A stretch of DNA of 64,000 nucleotides from Alphaproteobacteria bacterium (GTDB taxonomy: Bacteria; Pseudomonadota; Alphaproteobacteria; JAQWUY01), in contig JAQWUY010000010.1 of NCBI GenBank assembly GCA_029250225.1, positions 5,209 through 69,208 of the forward strand, in the 5' to 3' direction. The translations under genes were made by a program, and so were the position numbers. Of this stretch, positions 10,811 through 21,601 are shown one piece after another (position 1 is the stretch's first letter; each line of letters opens with the position of its first letter). The notes below the pieces were generated by a model that saw only the letters and a program-made list of their open reading frames with translations, did no database searches and was not told the origin of the DNA.

Positions 10811-11386
10811 ATGGAAAAAACAATGTATCCTTATAATAAAACTGGATTTTTTGCAATTGGGGTTGAAGGTGTTTCAAAACCAAGAAATGCTGGTGCCATA
10901 TTTCGTACAGCCCACGCATTTAATTCAGATTTTGTTTTTACTGTAAACTCAAAGATAGATATTAAATCTATGTATTCAACGGATACTTCAAAAACATTTA
11001 AAAGTGTTCCGTATTACGATTATGAAACTCCACAAGAAATATCAGTTCCAAAAAACTGTGCAATTGTCGGGGTTGAATTATGTGATGAAGCTGTTGTCTT
11101 GCCCGAATTTTGCCACCCTATGCGATGTGCTTACATATTTGGGCCCGAACGAGGCAGTTTATCAAAAGAAACACAAGAAAAATGTGATTATATGGTTAAA
11201 ATTCCAACTAAATTCTGTATTAATGTTTCAACAGCAGTTGCAATTACAATATATGACCGTATACAATCATTGCATAAATGGTGCCGTCGCCCCTTAACAC
11301 CTAGTGGTAAACCAGAAAAAAACAAACCTCATGTTTCTGGTGGCCCTGTAATTCGTCGTGGGAATAATAAAGGTTATGATTTTTAA
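10811..11386 (+). CDS. TrmH/SpoU family RNA methyltransferase
   Basis: KPRNAGAIFRTA, YIFGPERGSL, IPTKFCINVSTA SPOUT motifs. Confidence 0.9.
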   Translation: MEKTMYPYNKTGFFAIGVEGVSKPRNAGAIFRTAHAFNSDFVFTVNSKIDIKSMYSTDTSKTFKSVPYYDYETPQEISVPKNCAIVGVELCDEAVVLPEFCHPMRCAYIFGPERGSLSKETQEKCDYMVKIPTKFCINVSTAVAITIYDRIQSLHKWCRRPLTPSGKPEKNKPHVSGGPVIRRGNNKGYDF

Positions 11387-11870
11387 AAAATTTTTTATAG
11401 TTGTTATTTCGTTATTTATATTTAATCCTGTCTTTGCTCTTGACAAGGACTTGGGTGTAAGTAAAAGATTCAATATGCATATGTATAAACAAGATGAACA
11501 AACAATATGTAATTTGTATTCATCACCTATTACACAATCAACGCCGTATCGCGGTAAAAATGTGAAATTGCATATTACAAATCGTCCACAAAAAAATCAT
11601 CGTCATAAATTATCAATTAATATGGGAACTAATGTTAATACAAAAAAACCAATGCTGGTAATGATTGATAATAAAAAATATACTTTTTTCGCCCATAAAA
11701 ATTTTATATTCCCATACAATAAAGATGAAAAAAGAATTATAAGAGATATGCGTCGTGCCCGTAAATTAGTAATCAAAATATATGATAATAACGACAAATT
11801 AATAACTGATGAATATTCATTATATGGACTTATTCAAGCAATCTCTGTCATAGATAGGGCTTGCAGATGA
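11376..11870 (+). CDS. Exported protein, possibly invasion-associated locus B (IalB)-like
   Basis: Signal peptide, conserved Cys pair, C-terminal DEYSLYGL...IDRAC pattern. Sits directly upstream of rlmN, as is common in Alphaproteobacteria. Confidence 0.65.
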   Translation: MIFKKFFIVVISLFIFNPVFALDKDLGVSKRFNMHMYKQDEQTICNLYSSPITQSTPYRGKNVKLHITNRPQKNHRHKLSINMGTNVNTKKPMLVMIDNKKYTFFAHKNFIFPYNKDEKRIIRDMRRARKLVIKIYDNNDKLITDEYSLYGLIQAISVIDRACR

Positions 11871-12988
11871 GCAACAAACAATTAAATGATTTTATGCCTG
11901 GTGGCAATATGACCGATAACAAAAAAAACTTTATTGGTATGGATATTGAACAAATAAAGCAAGAAATGGTAATGATAGGTGAAAAACCTTTTCGCGCTAA
12001 GCAAATATATCTTTGGATATATTCAAAAGGTGCAAAATCAATAGATGATATGACAGATTTATCAAAATCATTGAGAGAAAAATTACATCGTAATTATTGT
12101 GTATCAAGGCCGTATATTACAAACCATCAAGTTTCAAAAGATGGAACACAAAAATGGTTACTTAAATACAAAGATGGCAACGAAGCAGAAATGGTATTTA
12201 TTCCCGAATATGATCGCGGTACATTATGTGTATCATCACAAGTTGGTTGCACATTAACCTGTAAGTTTTGTCATACAGGAACACAAAAACTAGTCCGTAA
12301 TCTAGAAATATCAGAAATAACAGGACAAGTAATAATTGCCCGCGATATGCTCGAAGGGTGGCAATTAAACGGTGAGAAGAGAAAACTTACAAACATAGTA
12401 TTTATGGGTATGGGTGAGCCTTTGTACAACACCGATAATATTATTTCATCTTTAAAAATTCTTACCGATAAAAACGGGATTGCAATTTCAAAAAGAAAAA
12501 TAACTGTTTCAACTAGTGGTGTTGCCGATCAACTTGAAAGATTAGGCAGTGAAACTAATGCCTCATTAGCAATTTCATTACACGCACCAGATGATGAAAC
12601 ACGCACAAAAATTATGCCAATAAATAAAAAATACAACTTAGATATTTTAATGGATATTTGTCGTAAATATCCTGAAATTTCTAATACAAATCGTATTACT
12701 TGGGAATATGTAATGTTAAAAGGCGTGAATGATACAAATGAGCACGCAAAACTACTAGCTAAATTAATAAAGGGAATTCCATCAAAAGTTAATTTAATTC
12801 CTTTTAATCCTTGGGATAATAGCCCTTATGAATGTTCTGAACCAGAACAAATACAAAATTTTGCTAAAATATTATTAAAAAATAAAATACCGGCTCCTAT
12901 TCGTAAAACAAGGGGTGAAGATATTATGGCGGCTTGTGGACAATTAAAATCAGAATCTGAACGCATCGGTAAATGGCAAAAGAAGTAA
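11867..12988 (+). CDS. rlmN: Dual-specificity 23S rRNA/tRNA methyltransferase RlmN
   Basis: CVSSQVGCTLTCKFCHTG, FMGMGEPL, ISLHA, NLIPFNP, AACGQL. Start may be 11909. Confidence 0.97.
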   Translation: MSNKQLNDFMPGGNMTDNKKNFIGMDIEQIKQEMVMIGEKPFRAKQIYLWIYSKGAKSIDDMTDLSKSLREKLHRNYCVSRPYITNHQVSKDGTQKWLLKYKDGNEAEMVFIPEYDRGTLCVSSQVGCTLTCKFCHTGTQKLVRNLEISEITGQVIIARDMLEGWQLNGEKRKLTNIVFMGMGEPLYNTDNIISSLKILTDKNGIAISKRKITVSTSGVADQLERLGSETNASLAISLHAPDDETRTKIMPINKKYNLDILMDICRKYPEISNTNRITWEYVMLKGVNDTNEHAKLLAKLIKGIPSKVNLIPFNPWDNSPYECSEPEQIQNFAKILLKNKIPAPIRKTRGEDIMAACGQLKSESERIGKWQKK

Positions 12989-14775
12989 TTTTTTATATGA
13001 AAGATGTATCGGCTGGATACACGAATGAACCTCTATTCAAACAAGTAAATATATTGTTGCATCGTGGTGATTGCTTTACATTAGTCGGCAAAAATGGAAC
13101 TGGTAAATCAAGTTTATTTAATGTAATAGACAAAACCCTTGAAATAGAAAATGGCGAAATATTCCGTTTAGAGCCTCTAACCGTTACCCGCCTCGACCAA
13201 GATCCAAAAAATCCTAAAAAATCCATAACAGCATTACAATACGCTATGTCAATCGGAGATATGGAAAAATATAAAGTTGTCTCGTTATTAAAGGAATTAG
13301 GAATTAATCCTGAAATGGAAGCTTCCACAATGTCAGGTGGACAAATTCGCAAAACCTCGCTAGCTGGTGTAATTGCGTGTCAACCTGATATTTTATTGTT
13401 AGATGAACCAACAAACCACCTTGATTTAAATGCAATTGAGTGGTTAGAAAAAGAAATTAAATCGTTTAATGGTGCGGTAGTTGTAATATCCCACGATCGT
13501 AGATTTTTAAGCAATGTATCAAATGGTGTATTCTGGCTAGAAGACCAAAGCGTAAAAATTTTAAATAAATCTTTTAAATATTTCGAACAATGGCAAGACG
13601 ATGTATACGAACAAGAACAAAAAAAGTTTAATAAGTTACAACAACATATTAAACAAGAAGAAAGATATGCCCTGCGCGGTGTAACAGCAAGGCGAAAACG
13701 CAACCAAGCAAGATTGGAACGATTAAGTAGGCTTAGGCAAGAAAGAAAAAATAGAAAAAATCCACAACAAGCAACAATAATTGCAAGTGACAATAAATCG
13801 GCTTCAAAAATGATATTTGAAACAAAAAATATCTCGAAAAAGTTTGGGGATACTGTAATATGCCAAGATTTTTCATTGCGAGTTTTAAAAGGCGATACTA
13901 TCGGTATTGTTGGTGGAAATGGAACTGGTAAATCAACATTACTTAAATTATTGTTAAAACAAATCAATCCCGATAGCGGACAAATTCGCAAAGCAAAGCA
14001 TCTTGAAATTGCCTATTTTGATCAATACCGCGAACAACTTGATCCAAAACTTACACCATTTGAATTACTAGGCAATGGTGGGCAATACATTAATGTAAAC
14101 GGCAAAGATATTCATATAGTTGGTTATTTAAAAAGATTTTTATTTACCTATGATGAAATTAAATCAAAAATCTCAACCCTATCAGGTGGACAAAAAAATA
14201 GATTATTACTAGCAAAAATATTGGCAAAACAATCTGATGTAATGATACTAGATGAACCAACAAATGATTTAGATATGGATACACTTGATGTATTGGAAGA
14301 TATGCTAGCCTCTTATAATGGTACATTGATAATAGTATCTCACGATCGTGATTTTGTTGGTAGATTATGCTCCGCACTGCTTGTGATGCAAGGCGGTGGA
14401 AAAATTACTGAAATAATTGGGGATTGGGATGATTACATTAGGCAACAAAAAAATGGAAATAGTGTAAAAAAACCATCTGCATTAAAAAAAGAAAAGGTAG
14501 AGTTATCTAGACCAGAACCATTACCGGCAAATGAAAAAAATCAAAAACTATCGCCAAAAGAACAACACGCATTAAAGAACTTGCCTTTGCAAATTGACGA
14601 ACTGAATAAAAATATTGATAAAATGAAAAAAATACTCCAAAATCAAAAATTATATACACAAGATGCTGAAACATTTAGTGCTGTTGCAAATGCACTTGCT
14701 ACATCACAAGATACACTTAGTATTTTAGAAGAACAGTGGTTAAAATTGACAATTAAATCAGAACAGATGAAATGA
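12973..14775 (+). CDS. uup: ABC-F family ATPase, Uup-like
   Basis: Two ABC domains (GKNGTGKS, GGNGTGKST, LDEPTNHLD, LDEPTNDLD), linker GVTARRKRNQ and a C-terminal coiled coil ending LEEQWL. Confidence 0.85.
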   Translation: MAKEVIFYMKDVSAGYTNEPLFKQVNILLHRGDCFTLVGKNGTGKSSLFNVIDKTLEIENGEIFRLEPLTVTRLDQDPKNPKKSITALQYAMSIGDMEKYKVVSLLKELGINPEMEASTMSGGQIRKTSLAGVIACQPDILLLDEPTNHLDLNAIEWLEKEIKSFNGAVVVISHDRRFLSNVSNGVFWLEDQSVKILNKSFKYFEQWQDDVYEQEQKKFNKLQQHIKQEERYALRGVTARRKRNQARLERLSRLRQERKNRKNPQQATIIASDNKSASKMIFETKNISKKFGDTVICQDFSLRVLKGDTIGIVGGNGTGKSTLLKLLLKQINPDSGQIRKAKHLEIAYFDQYREQLDPKLTPFELLGNGGQYINVNGKDIHIVGYLKRFLFTYDEIKSKISTLSGGQKNRLLLAKILAKQSDVMILDEPTNDLDMDTLDVLEDMLASYNGTLIIVSHDRDFVGRLCSALLVMQGGGKITEIIGDWDDYIRQQKNGNSVKKPSALKKEKVELSRPEPLPANEKNQKLSPKEQHALKNLPLQIDELNKNIDKMKKILQNQKLYTQDAETFSAVANALATSQDTLSILEEQWLKLTIKSEQMK

Positions 14776-16130
14776 AATATACTAACACGAACTTTATCAA
14801 ACTAACATTTCCCCCTGTGCTTTTACAATTGATTGAGTTCGGCTCAATGTTTATTGATTCAGCTATGATTGGAAACTACGATCCTATTAGTTTTGGTGCA
14901 ACTTCTCTGTCGGGAATGATTTTCTATTTTATATTTACATTATTTTTTGGAATTATGATGATGATTGGACCATTAATTGGTCAAGCAAGGGGTGCTAATA
15001 ATAATGAATTAATCGCTAAAAATGTTAGCAGTGGTATTTGGATTGGTATAATATTTGCGATTATTTTATTCATTATATTTTCATATATAGTGGAAATAGT
15101 AGCTATATTTAATTTTTCTGATGACATAATAACTGTAATGCGAGATTTTATTGCGGGGAAAAAATACAGTGTATTAATATTTGTTGCAATGCCATTTAGA
15201 TATTTTTTAGTTAACCAAGGAATATTTAGACAAATTATATTTTTAAGTATGATGGTATTTCCATTAAATATATTATTTAATTATGTATTTATATACGGTT
15301 ATGGATTTATACCTGAAATGGGAATCTACGGAGCTGGAATTGCCACATCTATTTCTGTTATTATAAGCAGTGTATTATTATGCATATTTGCAAGTAATTA
15401 TGCACAAAAGCAAGGTATAAAAATTTATCATAAATTTTTTAAGATAGATTTTCAAATATTTAAAAGAATATTAAAATATGGAATACCTACCGGTATTGCC
15501 CTAGGTCTTGAAACATTATTATTTACAACATCAAATATTTATGTAGCATACTTTGATAAATATTCAATTTCAGCATTTGCTGTTACATTTCAAATCTGGA
15601 ATATATGTTATGCTATTGTACTTGGTTTTTCCGAAGGTGTGGCAATTTTAGTCGCTAAGTCAGCGGGCGAAAAAAACATAAATGATATTATTCAAATCAT
15701 AAAACAAGCTGTTATTAAAATGGCAATTATATTGTTGTTATTGTGCTTATGGTATTATTATACATCAAATTATATATTCGAATTTATGCTAGATACTAAT
15801 AACTCTGCTTATCCAATGATAGTTAAAATTGCCGATGATTTAAAATATTTAATTATAGTTGCAATAATGGTTGAATGCACAGTACACTTACCAACAAAGC
15901 TACTACAAAGTATAAATGATACTAAATATATTCCAATAGCACAATTCATAGGATATATATTAATAGGTGTAAGTAGTGGATATATATTATGTTTTATATA
16001 TGATTTTAAAAACGAAGGTATTTATATATCTATGATTTTAGGTATAATTACAACTTCGCTAATTTTAATTACAAGAATAATATATTCACTAAACAAAAAA
16101 CGAATATTTAAATATGTGGAAACAAAATGA
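14772..16130 (+). CDS. MATE family efflux transporter
   Basis: About 12 hydrophobic segments with IDSAMIG, LIGQARGA, PEMGIYGAGIAT. Confidence 0.88.
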   Translation: MKYTNTNFIKLTFPPVLLQLIEFGSMFIDSAMIGNYDPISFGATSLSGMIFYFIFTLFFGIMMMIGPLIGQARGANNNELIAKNVSSGIWIGIIFAIILFIIFSYIVEIVAIFNFSDDIITVMRDFIAGKKYSVLIFVAMPFRYFLVNQGIFRQIIFLSMMVFPLNILFNYVFIYGYGFIPEMGIYGAGIATSISVIISSVLLCIFASNYAQKQGIKIYHKFFKIDFQIFKRILKYGIPTGIALGLETLLFTTSNIYVAYFDKYSISAFAVTFQIWNICYAIVLGFSEGVAILVAKSAGEKNINDIIQIIKQAVIKMAIILLLLCLWYYYTSNYIFEFMLDTNNSAYPMIVKIADDLKYLIIVAIMVECTVHLPTKLLQSINDTKYIPIAQFIGYILIGVSSGYILCFIYDFKNEGIYISMILGIITTSLILITRIIYSLNKKRIFKYVETK

Positions 16131-16798
16131 TAAACTTTATAGAAAAACCAAGTCCAAGTTACAACAGTCGTGGAAATTTTAAAATTGATAAAATAATAAT
16201 TCATTATACAGATATGCCATCTTGTGAAGCATCATTAGATCGTATGTGTGATAAAAAAAATGAAGTTTCAGCACATTACTTAATCGATACCGACGGCACA
16301 ATATACCATCTAGTAAACGAACAAGACCGAGCTTGGCACGCAGGTGTTGCATTATGGCAAGGCGACGATAATATAAATTCAACTAGCATAGGTATTGAAC
16401 TAGAAAACAAAGGGCAACGATACGGATATGAAGATTTTCCAAATATACAAATAAATGCATTAATTGAATTAATCAAAGATATTAAAACAAGATACAAAAT
16501 TGCAAAACAAAATATATTGGGGCACAGCGATGTTGCTCCGGATCGTAAAATTGACCCAGATTATAAATTTCCTTGGAAAAAATTAGCTGAACAGAATTTA
16601 TGTATCGATCCAAAACCAACACATACAGACATAGATTTATTAGATTTGTTAGAAATGATAGGATATGATTTATCAAATACACAAAATGCCATAAAAGCAT
16701 TTCAACGACGATATCGCCCTAACAAAATTGATGGTATAGGTGATGATGAATGCACAGAACTTGCTATGGGAATTATACTAGAAACAGAGAAAATATAG
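16127..16798 (+). CDS. N-acetylmuramoyl-L-alanine amidase (AmpD/AmiD type) with C-terminal peptidoglycan-binding segment
   Basis: IIIHYT, VSAHYLI, RAWHAG, SIGIELEN, GHSDVAPDRKIDP, AFQRRYRP. Confidence 0.92.
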   Translation: MINFIEKPSPSYNSRGNFKIDKIIIHYTDMPSCEASLDRMCDKKNEVSAHYLIDTDGTIYHLVNEQDRAWHAGVALWQGDDNINSTSIGIELENKGQRYGYEDFPNIQINALIELIKDIKTRYKIAKQNILGHSDVAPDRKIDPDYKFPWKKLAEQNLCIDPKPTHTDIDLLDLLEMIGYDLSNTQNAIKAFQRRYRPNKIDGIGDDECTELAMGIILETEKI

Positions 16799-16814
16799 AA
16801 TAAGATTTACTTTA

Positions 16815-17990
16815 TTAAATTTTTTCAATTTGTTTTGCATATAATAGGCAATCTTGTTTTTTCGGCTTGAAATTATTTGTAACCCACCACGCTTCAACTG
16901 CTTTTAATAAAGAGCCTAATTTTGCACCTTTTGGAACACCCAACTCAATTAAATCATTACCAGTAATTGGAAACTTTTGTTTTATGAAGTCAGTTCTTTG
17001 TGCAACAATTTTATAAAGTTTTTCATTTTTTAACAAGCTTGCCGATAAAACGATATGATAATCATAATAATATAAAAACTTATCTAGCATTTGTGGCGTA
17101 AATGTACGGTCTTTATATACTTTAAAAATATTTTGTATTGATTTTTTTTCTTTATTAGATAATTTCCAAACATTACAAATCGTTATAGCTGTGTCGTAGT
17201 TTCCATCACTAAGTGCAATAATTTTTGCGATATAATCATTGCTACTAGTCAATAATTTATTAAATAACGGTAATTCTGATTTTATAGGCATTGGAATTAT
17301 TGATTGTAATATTCCTGTGTCTCGCATTTTATAAATTATACTTGTATTAAAGTTTTTAGATTGTAATATTTTAATCATCTCTTGCGATATTCTTTCAAAA
17401 GATAAATTTTTAATTAATGAGGAATTGTTTTTACATACCAAATATGTTTCTTCATCAATCTTAAATTCTGTTATAACAGCAAACCTAAATAATCTTAGTA
17501 TACGCAGTGCATCTTCTTTTATTCGTTTTTCTGCACTTCCTACAAATACTATTTTTTTGTTTTTCAAATCATCTAAACCATTATGATAATCATATAATTT
17601 TCCGTCTTTATCAGCGTATATCGCATTAATCGTAAAATCTCGGCGAATACTATCTTCTTGCCAGTTATGCGTATACTCAACAACCGCTTTTCTACCATCT
17701 GTGGAAATATCTTTTCTCAGAGAAGTTATTTCAAATAAACTTTTATTTACTTTTACCGTAATTGTGCCAAAATCTATGCCCGTAGGAATTACTTTTAATC
17801 CATCATCTTTAAAAATATTAGTAGCCTTATCCGGTAATATGTTGATTGATAAATCAATATCATTAACAGGTTCTTTTAATAAAATATTTCTTATTGCACC
17901 GCCAACAATCCTTATTTCAGCATTATTTTTTGAAGCGATATCAAATAATATTTGTAAATCTTTATTTTTTGGTATTTTTATTTTATTCAT
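16815..17990 (-). CDS. cca: CCA-adding tRNA nucleotidyltransferase
   Basis: VGGAIRN, DIDL, RRDFTINA, EDALRILR, FPITGNDLI. Confidence 0.9.
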   Translation of the reverse strand: MNKIKIPKNKDLQILFDIASKNNAEIRIVGGAIRNILLKEPVNDIDLSINILPDKATNIFKDDGLKVIPTGIDFGTITVKVNKSLFEITSLRKDISTDGRKAVVEYTHNWQEDSIRRDFTINAIYADKDGKLYDYHNGLDDLKNKKIVFVGSAEKRIKEDALRILRLFRFAVITEFKIDEETYLVCKNNSSLIKNLSFERISQEMIKILQSKNFNTSIIYKMRDTGILQSIIPMPIKSELPLFNKLLTSSNDYIAKIIALSDGNYDTAITICNVWKLSNKEKKSIQNIFKVYKDRTFTPQMLDKFLYYYDYHIVLSASLLKNEKLYKIVAQRTDFIKQKFPITGNDLIELGVPKGAKLGSLLKAVEAWWVTNNFKPKKQDCLLYAKQIEKI

Positions 17991-18525
17991 TTATTTTTCC
18001 CAAAGAAAATGATTCACCTTGTGATTTTATAACTAATTCATCGCCAACTAAATTAGCCTCGTTACACAATTGATAAAACACATTTCTATTTAATCTTGCA
18101 TGCAATCCATCACGAATATATACATACGGATTTGGCTCTTTCGTTTTTTTATCTGTTTCGACCCATATTTTATTATCAGAACCAGCAGTTATCCACCAAT
18201 CAAGAGTCGTTCTAAATTGTATAACTTGCCTATCAGTACCAGCATTTTTAATATCCATTTCCACAACAAAAAAAGGAGCATCTTCTACTTCTATCTTGCC
18301 CTTTTCATTGGGTGTAACAAGCCAATACCCTTGCTCATCTTTTTGTAAAGCAACTGCGAACAATTGGCATAGTTTTTTTCGCCCAACCGGAGTACCCTTG
18401 TAAAACCAAGAGCCATCTTTCTTAATGACAAAATCAAACGAACCGCAACTATCAGGCCATTCAAAACCTGATAGTCCAGTCCCCTTTTCCATCATTTCTT
18501 TAAGATCAGGCCTTGTCAAATTCAA
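17983..18525 (-). CDS. DUF1285 family protein
   Basis: CG.FDFVIKKDGSWFYKGTP, YWLVTPNEK, VEDAPF, PYVYIRDGLHARLNRNVFYQL. Start uncertain. Confidence 0.85.
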   Translation of the reverse strand: MNLTRPDLKEMMEKGTGLSGFEWPDSCGSFDFVIKKDGSWFYKGTPVGRKKLCQLFAVALQKDEQGYWLVTPNEKGKIEVEDAPFFVVEMDIKNAGTDRQVIQFRTTLDWWITAGSDNKIWVETDKKTKEPNPYVYIRDGLHARLNRNVFYQLCNEANLVGDELVIKSQGESFSLGKINE

Positions 18526-19495
18526 TGTCCTTTATTAAATCTTTTGGATCTACCAATAATCTAGCCCCCATATGACTAATAACACTAGATGCTAGTCTTA
18601 TACCAATTTCAAGACAATTATTAATACTGTATCCTTGTGATAATCCGTATAAAAATCCACCCGCGAATTGGTCACCTGCACCCGTTGTATCAACAACATT
18701 TACAACCTTAGCATCAGCACTATACACTTGGTTATTTACACAACAAACAGCGCCTTTTTCACCTTTTGTAATTACTGCTGTATCAACAAATTTATTAATA
18801 TTGTTAATACAATAATCTATGTCATCGTTTTGCATTAAATGCTTTATTTCTTCTTCATTGGCAAATAATATATCGACTTTATTTTTTACAAAATCAAATA
18901 ATTCAATTCTGTGTCTTTCCACAACAAATATATCAGATAATGTAAAAGCAATTTTTGTATTACTTGCTTTTAATGTAGTTCCTAATTTATCAAAACAATT
19001 CCTAGCATTATCAGAATCAAATAAATAACCCTCTAAATATATTATTTTTGCGTGTTCTAAATTATCAAAATCTAAATCTTTATCACTTAGTTCAACTGAT
19101 GCGCCCAAATACGTTGCCATTGTTCTTTGCCCGTCTGGTGATACGATAACAGTACAATTACCAGATGGTGTTTGTGATTTATCACGTCCCAAAAAGTCGA
19201 TGTTTAATTCATTCATATTTTTAACGAATGATTCACCCATTGTATCGTTACCAACACGGCCAATAAAAGCTGATTTACCACCCAACGCAGAAAATCCAGT
19301 CATTGAATTTGCAACTGAGCCACCACCTTTGATTTCAGTATCTACTAGTTTTTCAAAAATGTTTTTAGCAATTTGTGAATCAACAAGAGCCATTGTCCCT
19401 TTTTCTAAATTATTCTCGGAAATAATTTCTTCTTCACATTTACCTAAACAATCCACCAATGCATTGCCTATTCCTAATAAATCATACTTCATCAT
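18506..19495 (-). CDS. PfkB family kinase (adenosine kinase-like)
   Basis: GIGNALVD, GGSVANS, DGQRTMATYLG, DTTGAGDQFAGGF. Confidence 0.92.
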   Translation of the reverse strand: MMKYDLLGIGNALVDCLGKCEEEIISENNLEKGTMALVDSQIAKNIFEKLVDTEIKGGGSVANSMTGFSALGGKSAFIGRVGNDTMGESFVKNMNELNIDFLGRDKSQTPSGNCTVIVSPDGQRTMATYLGASVELSDKDLDFDNLEHAKIIYLEGYLFDSDNARNCFDKLGTTLKASNTKIAFTLSDIFVVERHRIELFDFVKNKVDILFANEEEIKHLMQNDDIDYCINNINKFVDTAVITKGEKGAVCCVNNQVYSADAKVVNVVDTTGAGDQFAGGFLYGLSQGYSINNCLEIGIRLASSVISHMGARLLVDPKDLIKDIEFDKA

Positions 19496-19593
19496 AAACC
19501 CTCTCGTTTTTACTTGATTTTTAAATGATAATATAATTATTATATTAAAAATTATTAAAGATAAACAATTAAATAATAATAAGGGAAAATATT

Positions 19594-20877
19594 ATGTCTT
19601 TAAGTGCAAAAATCGAACAGATAATGTTAAAACCTAGAATATTAGTTATGTTAGTTCTAGGATTTTCAGCAGGTATTCCACTATTAATGGTTTTTTCTAC
19701 GCTATCAGCTTGGTTAAAAGAAGCAGGCGTATCAAGGGCAGAAATAGGTTTCGCTAGTTGGGTGGGGCTTGCATATGGTTTCAAATATATATGGTCACCG
19801 TTGGTTGATAAACTAAAAATTCCATATCTTACAAATTTACTAGGTCGCCGTCGTTCGTGGATGTTAATTTCCCAAATTGGTGTGATTATAGGGATAGTGG
19901 GTATGGCACATTCAGACCCTAAATACACATTAACTTATTCTATTATATTTGCTGTGGTTTTATCTTTTTGTTCGGCAACACAAGACATTGTAATTGATGC
20001 ATTTCGTATTGATAGCGGTGAACAAGACGAACAAGCAATTATGGCTGCCCTTTATGTTTATGGATACAGAGCGGCAATGTTATTAAGTGGTGCAGGTGTT
20101 TTATACCTTTCCGATACTGGGGCTGGTTATGATTATGAAGCTTGGAGAGCAGCATATACATATATGGCAATAACAATTTTACCGTGTACAATGTTTGTAT
20201 TGTTTTTTTTAAAAGAACCAAAAATAGAAATAAAAGAATACGAAAATATAAATGATTTTATTAATCAAGCATTTATTGAACCTTTCGCTGATTTCTTTGA
20301 AAGATACGGTAGAAATTTCTTAATATTACTTGGAATTGCAATAACATTCCGTATCAGTGACATATTAATGTCAGTTATGGCAAACCCTTTTTATTTAGAA
20401 ATGGGTTTTACTAAAACAGAAATAGCATTTGCTGTAAAAACATTTGGTTTTTGGATGACAATTATTGGCCTTGGTGTCGGTGGTTTATTATTATCATTAG
20501 TAGGAATGCGTAATACTTTAATATTTATCGCTTTATTAGCGGCAGGTTCAAATCTATTATTTTCTGTAATTAGTGTGATAGGAAATAATTTAAGTTTTCT
20601 TGTGTTTACTATTATGTTTGATAACCTAGCATCAGGTATGGCAGGAACTGTTTTTATTGCCTTTCTATCATCAATTGTAAACAAAGAGTACTCCGCAACT
20701 CAATATGCCCTATTATCATCACTTATTATTTTAATCCCAAAATTTATTGCTGGTTATTCAGGAGTTATCGTTGATAATATTGGTTATTTTTGGTTCTGGA
20801 TATCTACTGCACTAGCCGGAATACCAGCTATAATATTAATTATTATGGGCTCAAAATTACTAAATATTAATAAATAA
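19594..20877 (+). CDS. ampG: AmpG muropeptide MFS permease
   Basis: LGFSAGIPL, KYIWSPLVD, GRRRSWML, SATQDIVIDAFRI, ATQYALLSS. Confidence 0.93.
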   Translation: MSLSAKIEQIMLKPRILVMLVLGFSAGIPLLMVFSTLSAWLKEAGVSRAEIGFASWVGLAYGFKYIWSPLVDKLKIPYLTNLLGRRRSWMLISQIGVIIGIVGMAHSDPKYTLTYSIIFAVVLSFCSATQDIVIDAFRIDSGEQDEQAIMAALYVYGYRAAMLLSGAGVLYLSDTGAGYDYEAWRAAYTYMAITILPCTMFVLFFLKEPKIEIKEYENINDFINQAFIEPFADFFERYGRNFLILLGIAITFRISDILMSVMANPFYLEMGFTKTEIAFAVKTFGFWMTIIGLGVGGLLLSLVGMRNTLIFIALLAAGSNLLFSVISVIGNNLSFLVFTIMFDNLASGMAGTVFIAFLSSIVNKEYSATQYALLSSLIILIPKFIAGYSGVIVDNIGYFWFWISTALAGIPAIILIIMGSKLLNINK

Positions 20878-20945
20878 TTGAAAAGTAAAATTTAATCTGT
20901 TATAAGAAATAAAAATAAAATCTTAATTTATAAAGGGTGAACAAA

Positions 20946-21470
20946 ATGAATCTTGATAAAATATCCGCAGGTCGTGATATACCTAATGATTTAAATGTAA
21001 TAATTGAAATTCCAGAAGGTAGTAATGTAAAATACGAAATCGAAAAAGAAAGCGGTGCCGTAGTGGTTGACCGTTTCGTTGCAATGCCAATGTATTATCC
21101 TGCAAACTACGGATTTATCAATGAAACACTAGCTGATGATGGTGACCCAACAGATGTACTAGTAATAACTCCTCAACCAATTGCGCCAGGTTCAGTTATT
21201 CGTTGTCGTCCAATCGGTATCCTTAATATGGAAGATGAAAGCGGTATTGATGAAAAAGTTATCGCTGTTCCACATACAAAAGTATGTAAAATATATGACA
21301 ATATAAAAGAAATGGAAGACTTGCCAAAACTATTAGTTGACCAAATTAAAGCTTTCTTTGAAACTTACAAAAACCTAGAAGATGACAAATGGGTTAAAGT
21401 TACTGGTTGGGAAAACTCAGAGTCTGCAAAACAAAAAATTAAAAGACACGCCAAACAATATAAAGGCTAA
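20946..21470 (+). CDS. ppa: Inorganic pyrophosphatase (family I)
   Basis: [37 protein letters not shown]. Confidence 0.97.
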   Translation: MNLDKISAGRDIPNDLNVIIEIPEGSNVKYEIEKESGAVVVDRFVAMPMYYPANYGFINETLADDGDPTDVLVITPQPIAPGSVIRCRPIGILNMEDESGIDEKVIAVPHTKVCKIYDNIKEMEDLPKLLVDQIKAFFETYKNLEDDKWVKVTGWENSESAKQKIKRHAKQYKG

Positions 21471-21487
21471 TTTTTAATATCAAACCC

Positions 21488-21522
21488 AAAAACCCCATAA
21501 TTTAATTTATGGGGTTTTTTTT
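21488..21522 (+). terminator. Intrinsic terminator after ppa
   Basis: AAAAACCCCATAA-loop-TTATGGGGTTTTTTTT. It would insulate the downstream lysis promoter from ppa transcription. Confidence 0.88.
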
Positions 21523-21562
21523 ATTACCTATAAACAATTAATATAAAAAAGTTATTTTTTTG

Positions 21563-21591
21563 TTGACAAGATAAGAATAATATCCTATTTA
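21563..21591 (+). promoter_or_regulatory. Putative sigma70 promoter of the lysis operon with an embedded 18-bp operator-like box
   Basis: TTGACA at 21563-21568, 17-nt spacer, weak -10 TATTTA. Box ATAAGAATAATATCCTAT at 21571-21588 matches the capsid promoter box at 17/18 positions. Confidence 0.75.
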
Positions 21592-21601
21592 TATAAACAA
21601 T

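Noticed and set aside
16127-16798. Amidase as a second phage endolysin
   Set aside because: It is a typical cellular AmpD/AmiD-type enzyme at the end of a housekeeping operon near ampG, and it lacks the shared promoter box.
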